From the human T2T-CHM13v2.0 reference genome, Homo sapiens, in the NCBI RefSeq assembly GCF_009914755.1, contig NC_060929.1: a stretch of 64,000 nucleotides of DNA. One strand, 5' to 3'. Positions 28,641 through 47,831 of this stretch are shown here, one piece after another. The translations under genes and the position numbers were made by a program. Below the pieces are notes generated by a model that saw nothing but the letters and a program-made list of their open reading frames with translations, made no database searches and was not told where the DNA came from. The stretch's first letter is position 1. Every line of letters starts with the position of its first letter.

Positions 28641-29415
28641 AAAGACACATGTGTACAGAAGATAAAAGTAACAGGCTCACTCCAGTTAGTCTATTCAAAT
28701 GACCATGATATGTTTGCATTTGACACCTAATAAGAACACAGGTGTGAACTGGACCAACGTGTAATGAATCACTTTTTCTTTTGCTTTCTTGTCCCTGAAA
28801 TCACTAAAGAATATATACTACATAAGGATGGCCATCAAGAATGGGACTAGTGCATATGTGTTGAGTACAGAATTTTCCATTAAATACCCAAGCTATAGAG
28901 GAAGTTCTACTTTTTCCTCTATATTACTTATAGCAGAACTTCTCTCTTTCTCTCTCTCTCTCTTTTTTTTCTTTTTTTTTGGTCTCAAGACTTATATCAA
29001 GAAGTGCCCAAAGGGAACCATTTCTTTAAGGCATTTTGTTCTTGAGTGGCCTCACAAATATTTTACTCCATTACTATATTCTACCCCGTCATAATTTATA
29101 AATGCTTCAATCTTCTCCTTTCTACTTCAAAACTCCCTTTTGTTAGTTTCATAATGGTTCCGAAGAATGAGAAAACATTATTGGCATCCTTTTTTTCTGG
29201 ATCTTCTAATCCTTCAGGAAATCTATACAACATGGATGTTGTATTAAAAAAAAAGCTTCAGATTCATCTAAATCATTAAGTCATAAGAAGTTATAAAAGT
29301 ACAAAACGTCAGTGGGGCTTCAAGATGGATGACTAGAGGCACCCAGTACTTACCTCCTCCACAAAGAAGGACAAAAATAGCAAGTAGATAATCATACATC
29401 AAAAAGAGAACACTG

Positions 29416-31847
29416 ATCAACAGAATGAAGGATAAAAACTATGTGATTATTTCAATTGGTGCTGAGAGAGCATTTGATAAAATTTAACATCCCTTCATAA
29501 TAAAAACCCTCACAAGACTGGGAATGGAAGAAACATACCTCAGCATAAAAAAGCCATAAATGGCAGACAACGCTAGTATCATACTGAATAGGGAAAGAAG
29601 AAACACCTTTCTTCTAAGATGACGAGCATGCCCACTGTCACCACTGTTATTCAACATAGTACTGGAAGTCTTACCTAGAGTAATCAGACAGGAGAAAGAT
29701 ATAAAGGGTATCCAAGTTGGAAAGAAAGAAGTCAAATTATCCTTGTTTGCAGATGATATAATCTCGTATTTGGAAAAACCTTAAAGACTCCACAAATAAA
29801 CTATTAAAACTAATAAACAAATTCAGTAAACTGGCGGGATACAAAATCAACATAAAAAATTAATAGTATTTCTATATGTCAACAGTGAACAATGTGAAAA
29901 AGAAATTAAAAGGAAAGTCCCATTTAAAATGGTCACATATATAAAATTAAACACCTAGGAATTAACCAAAGAAGTGGAAGATGAAAGCTGTAAAACACTG
30001 ATGAAAGAAATTGAAGAGAACAGCAAAAAATAAAACAATACTCTATGTTCATGGATTGGAAGAATCAATAATGTTAAAATGTTCACACTTCCAAAAGCAA
30101 TCTATAGATTCAATGCAATCTTTATCAAAATACCAATGACAATCTACATAGAAATAGAAAAAAAATACAAAAGTTTATATGGAACCAAAAAAGACCCAGG
30201 ATAGCTATCCTAAACAAAAAGAACAAAACCAGAGAACTCGCATTACCTGACTTCAAATTTTACTACAGAGCTAACCAAAACAGCATGTTACTGGCATAAA
30301 AACAGACACATGGACCAATGGAACAGAATAGATAACCTAGAGACAAATCCACACACCTAAAGTTAATTCATTTTTGACAAAGGTGCATACATTGGGGAAA
30401 TGTGTGTTCCCCAAGAACACACATTGGGGAAAAGACAGTCTTTTCAATAAATGGTGCTTGGAAATTGGACATTCTTAGGCAGAATGTCTTAGAAGAATGA
30501 AACTAGACCCCTCTCTCTCATCAAATACAAAATTTAAATCAAAATGGATTAAAGACTTAAATCTAAGACCTCAAACTATAAAAGTACTACAAGAAATCAT
30601 TGAGGAAAATCTCCAAGACATTGGTCTGAGCAAAAATTTTGATCAATATTCCACAAGGACAGGCAACCAAAGCAAACATGAGCAAATGATATCACATCAA
30701 ATTAAAAAGTTCTGCAAAGCAAAGGATAAAATCAACTGTGAAGAGACAACCTACAGAATGGGAGGAAATATCTGCAAACTAACCATCTGACAAGGGATTA
30801 ATAACCAGAATATATAATAAACTCAAACAACTTTTAGTAAAAACTTTAGTAATCTGATCAAAAATGGGCAAAAGATTTGAATAGATATTTTTCAAAAGAA
30901 GACATACAAATGGCAAACAGGCATTTGAAAAGATGCTCAACATCACTGATCATCAGAGAAATGCAAATAAAAACTACAATGCGATATCATCTCACCCCAG
31001 TTAAAATGGCTTTTATCCAAAAGACAGGCAATAACAAATGCTGGCAAGGATCTAAAGGAAAGGTAACCCTCGTTCACCGTTGGTGGGAATGTAAATTAGT
31101 ATAACCACTATGGAGAACAGTTTGGAGGTTCCTCAAAAAGCTGAAAATTAAGCTACCATATGATTCAGCCATCCCATTGTTGGGCATATACCCAACAGAA
31201 AGGAAATCAGTATATCGAAGTGATATCTGCACTCCTATGTTTGTTGCAGCATTGTTTACAATAGCTAAGATTTGGAAGTAACCTAAGTGTCCATCAATAG
31301 ATTAATGGATAAAGAAAATGTGATGTATATACACAATGGAGTACTATTCAGTCATTAAAAGAATGAGATCCAGTCATTTGCCACAACATGAATAAAACTA
31401 GAGATCATTATGTTAAGTGAAATAAGCCAGGCACAGAAAGACAAACATCGCATGTTCTCCCCTTATTTGTGGGATCTATAAGTAAAAAGAATTGAACTCA
31501 TGGAGATAGAGAGTAGAAGGATGGTTACCAGAGGCTGGGAGGGTAGTAGGAGGATTAGGGGGAGGTGGGGATCGTCAATGGGTACAAAAAAAAAAAAACA
31601 TGAAAAAAATGAGTAAGACCTACTATTTGATAGCACAAGAGGGTGGCTATAGTCAATAATAACTATTTTAAAATAAATAGTGTAATTGGATTGTTTGTAA
31701 CTCAAAGCATAAATGTTTTGAGGGGATGGATATTCCATTCTCCATTTGGTGACTATTTCACATTGCATGCCTGTATAAAAACATCTAACGTACCCCATAA
31801 ATATATATATCTACTATTTACTCACAACTAATACAACATTTTTTAAA
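29416..31847 (+). mobile_element. 5'-truncated L1MA (MA1-3-like) nested in the host 5' UTR
   Basis: TSD agaacactg (29407-29415 / 31848-31856); 3' UTR gacctactatttgatagcacaa...gtaccccataaatatata. Confidence 0.87.
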
Positions 31848-34340
31848 AGAACACTGGAATTCAACAGGGAAGTGACAGAGAACCTCTGAAGCTCAGGAAG
31901 AGATAGCAGAGCAACCCAGCCCAGCTGAAATTGGCTCAGAACCAGGAAAAACTCTCCAGTGCAGAGAAAAGGTAAGCAAGATACTCTCAATGGTTTACAT
32001 TCTCACTAAAGACTCCTGCAGTTCTGGCCATGGGAGAGCCGCCAGGCACTTGCTGTCCCTGAAAGTAGGACAGGGAGTTTCTGGAGTCTTGGCAAAAGCA
32101 CTGTTCTACAAAGGGAGTTCATCCTGAGTCCCACACACCTTCCAAGACCTAAGCAGTTGCAGCATGACACAATTTGAGAGCTTAACCCCAACCACGGTAT
32201 ATACTGCCCTGGGTTCTAACAGACCTCAAATCTCCATGTTGCTGGGGTTCCACTGACATTCCCTCTACATTCATCTAGCGGGCTTCGACGTTGCAATGTA
32301 AGCTTGACCCAGCAGTGACGCCAGATCCCCAGCAACCTAGCCCATGCAGTGGCCTACACCCTGGGGTAACTGCTCTCAGGACAAAGGGAGTTGAAAAGCA
32401 TGCTCTCCAGAGCCTGAGAGCCACCTGCCTGGGACTGATGCCACTGAAAGCAACCCTGCCCCCTAGCAGCAGACCTGCCATGCACTTGCATGTGTCTTCA
32501 GAGGTCTCATGGCCTGAGAACAAGCCTACAATGCCCACTACCAACAACAAAAATCAAATCGAAATGGCAGGAATAAGACCTCACATATCAATAAATAGCC
32601 TTGAATGTAAACTAATTAAATCCTTCCCTTAAAAGAGATAGACTGGTTGAATGACTTTAATAAAAACATGACCCAACTGTATGCTGACTAAAAGAAATTC
32701 ACTTGACCTGTAAAGACACACATTGACTGAAAATGAAGGGATAAAAAAAGATATGCCATGGAAAGAGAAACGAAAAGTGAGCAGGAGTAGCTATACTTAG
32801 ATAAAACAGGCTTTAAGTCAAACTGTAAAACGAATCAAAAAAGGTCATTATATAATGATAAAGGAGTCAATTCAGAAAAAGAACATAACAATTCTAAATA
32901 TAGTGCACTTAACACTAGAGCACCCAGATATATAAAGCAAATATTAGATCTAAAAGAAGAGATACACTTAAATAAAATAACAGTTGGGGGCTTCAACACC
33001 CTATCCAGCATCAGATATATCATCTAGACAGAACAACAAAAAACAAACATCTGATTTAAATTGTACTTTAGGCTAAATGGACCTAACAGATATTTACAGA
33101 ACATTTTATCTAACAGCTACAGAATATACATTCTTCTTATCAGCACATAAAACATTCTCCGAGATATACCATATGTCAGACCACAAAACAAGTCTCAACA
33201 AATTTTTAAATAGTGAAGTCATATAAAGTATCATCTAAGGTTACAATGGAATAAAACTAGAAATCCAAAACAAAAGGAAAACTGGAATACATGGAAACTA
33301 AAAATTATGCCCCTGAACAATCATAGGGCCAATGAGGAAATTAAGAAGAAAATCAAAAAATTTCACCAAACAAATAAAAATAAAAACACTCTGATAAAAC
33401 CTGAGTGATATAGCAAAAGCAGTGATAAGAGGGAAGTTTGTAGCAGTAAATGCCTATATCAAAAAAGTAGAAAAATTTCTAATAAACAACTAAGTGGGGT
33501 ACCTCAAGGAAATGGAAAAGCAAGAACAAACCAAACCCAAAATTAGCAGGGGGAAATAAATAAAAAAGAAGAGAGTAAAACTAAAGAAAATAGAGACTAA
33601 AAAAAGTAATACAGAGACTCAATGTAAGAAAAAGTTGGTTTTTTGAAAAGATAAACAAAGTCAACAAATTGCTAGCTAAGCTTACTAACATAGGAAGAGA
33701 GAAGACCCAAATAAACGAATCAGAAATGAAAAAGGAGAGATTACTAACCGATATCACAGAACTACAAAGACCGTCAGAAACTGATGTGAACAACTATACA
33801 CTAACAAACTGGAAAACTTAGAAGAAATGGATAAATTCCTGGAAACACATAACCTACCAAGATTAAATCAGAAAAAGAAATAGAAAATCTGAATAAACCA
33901 ATTACAAATGGCAAGACTTAAGCAGCAATAAAGAATCTCCTAAAGATAAAAACAAAACAAAACAAAAAAACCAGGGCCAGACTGATTCATAGCAGAATTC
34001 TACCAAATGTATAATAAAGAACTGGTACCAATTTTCCTGAAACTGTCTGAAAACTTGAGGAGGGAAACCTCCCTAACTCATTCCACAAGGACAGCATTAA
34101 CCTGATACAAGATGAGTTCACAACAGTTAAAGAAAACTACAGGCCAATATATTTGATGAACATACATACAAAATCCCTCAACAAAATCTAGCAAGATTGA
34201 TACAACAGCACATGAAAACAATAATATCCTATAACTATTTGGGATTTATAACAGAGATGCAAGGAAGATGGTTCAATGTGTGCAAGTGAATAAATGTGAT
34301 ATATAACATCAGCAGAATGAAGAATAAAAACCGTATGATC

Positions 34341-36812
34341 CCTGGCACAGATGTAACAAAACAAGAGAATTTTAGACCAATAACCCTGATGACCATCGAT
34401 GCAAAAATCCTCAATAAAATACTGGCAAACCAAATCCAGCACCAAATTGATCAAAAAGCTTATCCACCAAGAACAATTTGGCTTCATCCCTGGGATGCAA
34501 GGCTGGTTCAACATATGCAAATCAATAAAAGTAATCCATCAGAACTAAAGACAAAAACCACATGATTATCTCAATAGATGCAGGAAAGGCCTTTGACAAA
34601 ATTCAACAGTCCTTCATGCTAAGAACTCTCAATAAACTAGGTATTGATGGAATGTATCTCAAAATAATAAGAGTTATTTATGACAAGCCCACAGCCAATA
34701 TCATGCTGAATGGGCAAAAACTGGAAGCATTCCCTTTGAAAACTGGCACAAGACAGGGATGCCCTCTCTCACCACTCCTATTCAACATAGTGTTGGAAGT
34801 TCTGGCCAGGGGAATCAGGCAAGAGAAAGAAATAAAGGGCGCTTCAATTAGGAAAAGAGGAAGTCAAATTGTCCCTGTTTGCAGAGGACATGATTGTATA
34901 TTCAGAAAACCCCATCGTCTCAACCCAAAATCTCCTTAAGCTGACAAGCAACTTCAGCAAACTCGCAGGATACAAAATCAATGTGCAAAAATCACAAGCA
35001 TTCCTATACACCAATAACAGACAAACAGAGAGCCAAATCATGAGTGAACTCCCATTCACAATTGCTTCAAAGAGAATAAAATACCTAGGAATCCAACTTA
35101 CAAGGGATGGGAAGGACTTCCTCAAGGAGAACTAGAAACCACTGCTCAATGAAATAAAAGAGGACACAAACAAAAGGAAGAACATTCCATGCTCACGGAT
35201 AGAAAGAATCAATATTGTGGAAATGGCCATACTGTCCAAGGTAATTTATAGATTCAACGCCATCCCCATCAAGCTACCAGTGACTTTCTTCACAGAATTG
35301 GAAAAAACTACTTTCAAGTTCATGTGGAATCAAAAAAGAGCCTGCATTGCCAAGACAATCCTAAGCAAAAAGAACAAAGCTGAAGGCATCATGCTACCTG
35401 ACTTCAAACTGTACTACAAGGCTACAGTAACCAACACAGCATAGTACTGGTATCAAAACAGATATGTAGACCAATGGAACAGAACAGAGGCCTCAGAAAT
35501 AACACCACACATCTACAACCATCTGATCTTTGATGAACCTGACAAAAACAAGAAATGGGGAAAGGAATCCCTATTTAATAAATGGTGCTGGGAAAACTGG
35601 CTAGCCATATGTAGAAAGCTGAAACTACATTCCTTCCTTACACCTTATACAAAAATTAATTCAAGATGGATTAAAGACTTAAACGTCAGACCCAAAACCA
35701 TAAAAACCTGAGAAGAAAACTTAGGCAATACCATTCAGGACATAGGCATGGGCAAGGACTTCATGTCTAAAACACCAAAAGCAATGGCAACAAAAGCCAA
35801 AATTGACAAATGGGATCTAATTAAACTAAAGAGCTTCAGCACAGCAAAAGAAACTACCATCAGAGTGAACAGGCAACCTACCAATTGGGAGAAAATTTTT
35901 GCAATCTACTCATCTGACAAAAGGCTAATATCCAGAATCTACAAAGAACTTACACAAATTTACAAGAAAAAATCAAACAACCCCATCAAAAAGTGGGCAA
36001 AGGATATGAATAGACAATTCTGAAAAGAAGACATTTATGCAGCCAAAAGACATATGAAAAAATGCTCATCATCACTGGCTATCAGAGAAATGCAAATCAA
36101 AACCACAGTGAGATACCATCTCACACCTGTTAGAATGGTGATCATTAAAAAGTCAGGAAACAACAGGTGCTGGAGAGGATTTGGAGAAACAGGAATGCTT
36201 TTACACTGTTGGTGGGACTGTAAACTAGGTCAACCATTGTGGAAGACAGTGTGGAAATTCCTCAAGAATCCAGAACTAGAAGTAACATTTGACCCAGCCA
36301 TCCCATTACTGGATATATACCTAAAGGATTATAAATCATGCTACTATAAAGACACATGCACACGTATGTTTATTGCAGCACTATTCACAATAGCAAAGAC
36401 TTGGAACCAAGCCAAATGTCCATCAATGATAGACTGGATTAAGAAAATGTGGCACATGTACACCAAGGAATACTATTCGGCCATAAAAATAGATGAGTTC
36501 ATGTCCTTTGTAGGGACATGGATGAAGCTGGAAACCATCATTCTGAGCAAACTATCTAAAGGACAGAAAACTAAACACTGCATCTTCTCACTCATAGGTG
36601 GGAATTGAACAATGAGAACACAGGGCGGGGAACATCACTCACCAGGGCGTGTCATGAGGTGGGGGCTGGGGGAGGGATAGCATTAGGAGACATGCCTAAT
36701 GTAAATGATGAGTTAATTGGTGCAGCAAACCAATGTGGCACATGTATACATATGTAACAAGCCTCCACGTTGTGCACATTTAACCTAGAACTTAAAGTAT
36801 AATAATACAAAA
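34341..36812 (+). mobile_element. 5'-truncated L1PA (PA6-like); copy B
   Basis: ORF2 3' half plus 3' UTR ending cttaaagtataataat; TSD gtatgatc (34333-34340 / 36813-36820). Confidence 0.92.
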
Positions 36813-37292
36813 GTATGATCATCTCAATAGATGCAGAAAAAGCATTTAATAAAATTAAAATTCAACATCCCTTCATGATTAAAAACTCTCAACAAACTAG
36901 ATATGGGAGGAACATACCTCAAAATAAAAAAGGCCATATATGACAAACCCACCACTAACATCATGCAGAAAGCCCTTCCTCTAAGATCTGGAATAAGACA
37001 AGGATGCCTGTTTCCACCACTCCTATTCAACAGAGTACTGGAAGTCCTAGCTAGAGCAATAAGGCAAAAGAAAGAAAGAAAATCATCCAAACTGGAAGAG
37101 GAAGTCAAACTGTCCCTTTTTACTGATAATTTGATCTTATGTCTAGAAAAACCTAATGACTCCAGCAAAAAACTCTTAGATTTAATAAATTCAGTAAAGC
37201 TGCAGGATAAAATACCAATGTACAAAAATCACTGGTGTTTCTATACATCAACAATGATCTAGCTGAGAAATAAATTTGTAAAACCCCATTTG

Positions 37293-43425
<6,133 letters not shown>

Positions 43426-44502
43426 AAAATCCCATTTGCAATAGCTAACAAAATAAATAAATAAATAAAATATCTAGGAATAAATTTAACCAAGGAGGTG
43501 AAGGAGCTCTACAAGGAAAACTACAAAACATTGATGAAAGAAATTGAAGAGGACACAAACAAGTGGAAAGACATCTCGTCCTCATGAATCAATAGGATTA
43601 ATATCATTAAAATGACCATACTGCCCAAAGCAATCTACAGATTCAATGCAATCTCTGTCAAAATACCAACATCATTCTTCACAGAATTAGGAAAAAAAAA
43701 AAAATTGCTAAAAAGTATACAGAATCAAAAAAGAGCCAGAATACCAAAAGATTCCTGATCAAAAAGAACAAACTGGAGGCATCACATTGCCTGACTTCAA
43801 AATATACTACAAGGCTAGAGTAATCAAAACAATATGGTATCCATATAAAAGCAGACATACAAACCAATTGAACAGAAGAGAATTCAGAAATAAGTCCACA
43901 TATCTATGCCAACTAATTTTTGGTAAAGGCACCAAGAACATACACTAGGGAAAGGACATCCTCTTTAATAAATGGTACTAGGAAAATTGGATATCCACAT
44001 GCAGAAGAATAAAACTGGCCCCCATCTGTCCCCATATACAAATATCAACTCAAAATGGAGTTGAGAAAAATGTAAGACTCAAAACTATAAAACTGTCAGA
44101 AAAGATAGGAAAATCACTTCAAGACATCAGTCTAGGCAAAGATTACACAGCTAAGATCTCAATAGCACAGACAGCTATACACAAACAGACAAATGGGACT
44201 ATATTAAACTAAAAAGCTTCTACATGGCAAAGGAAACAATCAACAGAATGAAAAGACAACCTGTTAAATGGGAGAAAATATGTGCAAACTACTTATCCAA
44301 TAAGGGCTTAATATTCCAAATGTATAAGAAACTCAAATAACTCAAGACTAAAAAAAATCCATTAAAAATTGGACTTACGACATGAATAGATATTTCTCAA
44401 AAGGTGACATAAAAAATCGCCAACAGACATATTTTTAAAAGAAGCTCAACATCACTCATCATCATGGAAATGCAGATAAAAAACACAAGGAGATATCACC
44501 TT

Positions 44503-47500
44503 TTTCTTCCATAGGTTATTGGGGTACAGGTGGTATTTAGTTACATGAGTAAGTTCTTTAGTGGTGATTTGTGAGATTTCAGTGTACCTGTCACCTGAGC
44601 AGTACACACTGCACACTATTTGTAGTCTTTTATCCCTCGCCTCTCTCCCATCCTTCCCCGCAAGTCCCCAAAGTCCATTGTATCATTCTTATGCCTTTGC
44701 GTCCTCATAGCTTAGCTCCCACATGTGAGTGAGAACATATGATGTTTGGTTTTCCATTCCTGAGTTACTTCAGTTAGAATAAGAGTCTCCAGTCTCATCC
44801 AAGTTGCTGTAAATGCCATTAATTCATTCTTTTTTATGGCTGAGTAGTATTCCATTGTACATATATACCACAGTTTCTTTATACACTCATTGATTAATGG
44901 ACATTTGGATTGGTTCCACGATTTTGTAATTCCAAACTGTGCTGCTATAAACATGCCTGTGCAAGAACATTTTTCATATAATGACTACTTTTCCTCTAGG
45001 TACATACCCAGTAGTGGGATTGCTGGATCAAATGGTACTTCTATTTTTAGTTCTTTAAGGAATTTCCACACTGTTTTCCATAATGGCTGTGCTAGTTTAC
45101 ATTCCCATCAGCAGTATAGAAGTGTTCCCTGTTCAACGCATCCACACAAACAACTACTGTTTTTGATTTTTTGATTATAGCCATTCTTTCAGGAGTAAGG
45201 TGGTATCGCATTGTGGTTTTGACTTGCATTTCCCTGATCATTATAGATGTTGAGGATTTTTTCATGTTTGTTGGCCATTTGTATATCTTCTTTTGAGAAT
45301 TGTCTGTTCATGTCCTTAGCCCACTTTTTGATGGGATTCTTTGTTTTTTCTTGCTAATTTGTTTGAGTTTGTTGTAGATTCTGGACATTAGTCATTTGTC
45401 AGATGTATAGATTGTGAGCACTTTTGCCCATTCTGTGGGTTGTCTGCTTACTCTTCTGACTGCTCCTTTGGCTGTGCAAAAACTCTTTAGTTTAATGAAG
45501 TCCCAGCTATTTATCTTCGTTTTTATTGCATTTGCTTTTGGGTTCTTGGTCATGAAATCATAGCCTAAGCCAGTGTCTAGAAGGGTTTTTCAATGTTGTC
45601 TTCTAGAATTTTTATAGTGTCAGGTCTTAGATTTAAGTCTTTAATCTATCTTGAGTTGATTTTTATATAAGGTGACAGATGAGGATCCAGTTTCATTCCC
45701 CTACAGGTGGCTAGCCAATTATCCCAGCACCATTTATTGAAAAGGGTGTTTTTTTCCCCACTTTATGTTTTTGCTTCTTTTGTCAAAGATGAGTTCCCTG
45801 TAAGTATTTGGGTTTATTTGTGGGTTCTCTATTCTGTTCCATTAGTCTATGTGCCTATTTTTATACCAGTACCATGCTGTTTTGGTGACTATGGCCTTAT
45901 AACATAGTTTGAAATCAGATAGTGGGATGTCTCCTGATTTGTTCTTTTTGCTGAGTTTTGCTTTGGCTATGTGGGCTCCTTTTTGGCTCCAAATGAATTT
46001 TAGAATAGTTTTTTCTAATTCTGTGAAGAACAATGGTGGTATTTTGATGGGGATTGCATTGAATTTGTAGATTGCTTGTGGCAGTATGGTCATTTTCACA
46101 ATATGGATTCTACCTATTCATGAGCATGGGATGTTTCCATTTGTTTGTGTCATCTATGATTTCTTTCAGCAGTGTTTTGTAGTTTTCCTTGTAGAGATCT
46201 TTTGTCTCCTTGGTTAGGTATATTTGTATTTTTTTTTATTCTTTTGCTGCTATTGTGAAAGGGATTGAGTTCTTGATTTGGTTCTCTGCTTCATCACCAT
46301 TGGTGTACAGAAGAGCTACTGATGTGTGTACATTAATCTTGTATCCGGAAACTTTGCTGAATTCTTTTTTCAGTTCTAGGAGCTTATGGAGGAGTGTTTA
46401 GGGTTTTTGTGGTAAACAATCATATTGTCAGCACATAGTGACAGTTTAACCTCCTCTTTACAATTTGGATGCCTTTTCTTTCTTTCTCTTGTCTGATTGC
46501 TCTGCCTAGGACTTCCAGTAGTATGTTGAAGAGGAGTAGTGAGAGTGGGCATCCCACAGTGGAATAAAACTGGAAATCAACTCCAAAAGGAACCTACAAA
46601 ACCATGCAAACACATATAAATTAAATAACCTGCTCCTGAATGATCACTGGGTCAAAAATGAAATCAAGATGGAAATTTAAAAATTATTTGAACTGAATGA
46701 CCACAATGACACAACCTATCAAAACCTCTGAGATACAGCAAAGATGGTGCTAAGAGGAAAGTTCATAGCCCTAAACACCTACCTCAAAAAGTCTGAAAGA
46801 GCACAAACTGACATTCTAAGGTCACACCTCAAGGAACTAGAGAAACAAGAACAAACCAAACCCAAACCCAGCAAATAAAAGGAAATAATCAAGATCAGAG
46901 TGGAACTAAACGAAACTGAAACAAAGAAAATATAAAAGATAAATGAAACAAATGCTAGTTCTTTGAGAATATAAATAAAATTGATAGACCATTAGCAAGA
47001 TTAACCAAGAAAAAAAGAGAGAAAATCCAAATAACCTCAATAAGAAATGAAACAGGAGATATTACAACTGACACCACTGAAATACAAATGATTATTCAAG
47101 GCTACTAGGAATACCTTTACACACATACGTTAGAAAATCTAGAAGAGATGGGTAAATTCCTGGAAAAATACAACCCTCCTAACTTAAATTAGAAAGCATA
47201 AGATATCCTGAACAGATCAATAACAAGCAGAGAGATTGAAATGGTATTTAAAAAATTACCAACAACAAAAAAAAAGTCCAGGACCAGATGGATTCACAGC
47301 AGAATTCTACCAGACATTCAAAGAAGATTTGGTACCAATCCTTTTGACATTATTCCACAAGACAGAGAAAGAGGGAACCCTCCCTAATTCATTCTATGAA
47401 GCCAGCATCACCCTAATACCAAAATCAATAAAGGACATAACCAAAAAGAAAACTACAGACCGATATTTTTGATGGACATAGACACTAAAATCCTTAACAA

Positions 47501-47831
47501 AATATTAGGTACTGGAATCCAACAGCATATCAAAATGATAATCTAACATGATAAAGTGGGTTTCATACCAGGGATACAGGGATGGTTTAACATATAAAAG
47601 TCAATAAATGTGATACACCATATAAACAGAATTAAAAATAAAAATCACCTGATCATCTCAGTAGGTGCAGAAAAAGTATTCAACGAAATCCAGCATCCCT
47701 TTATGATTAAAACTCTCAGCAAAATTGGCATACAAGGGACATACCATAACATAATAAAAGCCATCTATGACAAACCCACAACCAACATAATAATGAATGT
47801 GGAAAAGTTGAAAGCATTCCCTCTGAGAACT
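44503..47831 (-). mobile_element. L1PB (PB1-like) with 5' inversion (44503-46554 minus, 46555-47831 plus)
   Basis: L1PB 3' end ttccataggttattggggtacagg; strand flip at gggcatcc|cacagtgg; TSD ggagatatca(c/t)ctt (44489-44502 / 47832-47845). Confidence 0.9.
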
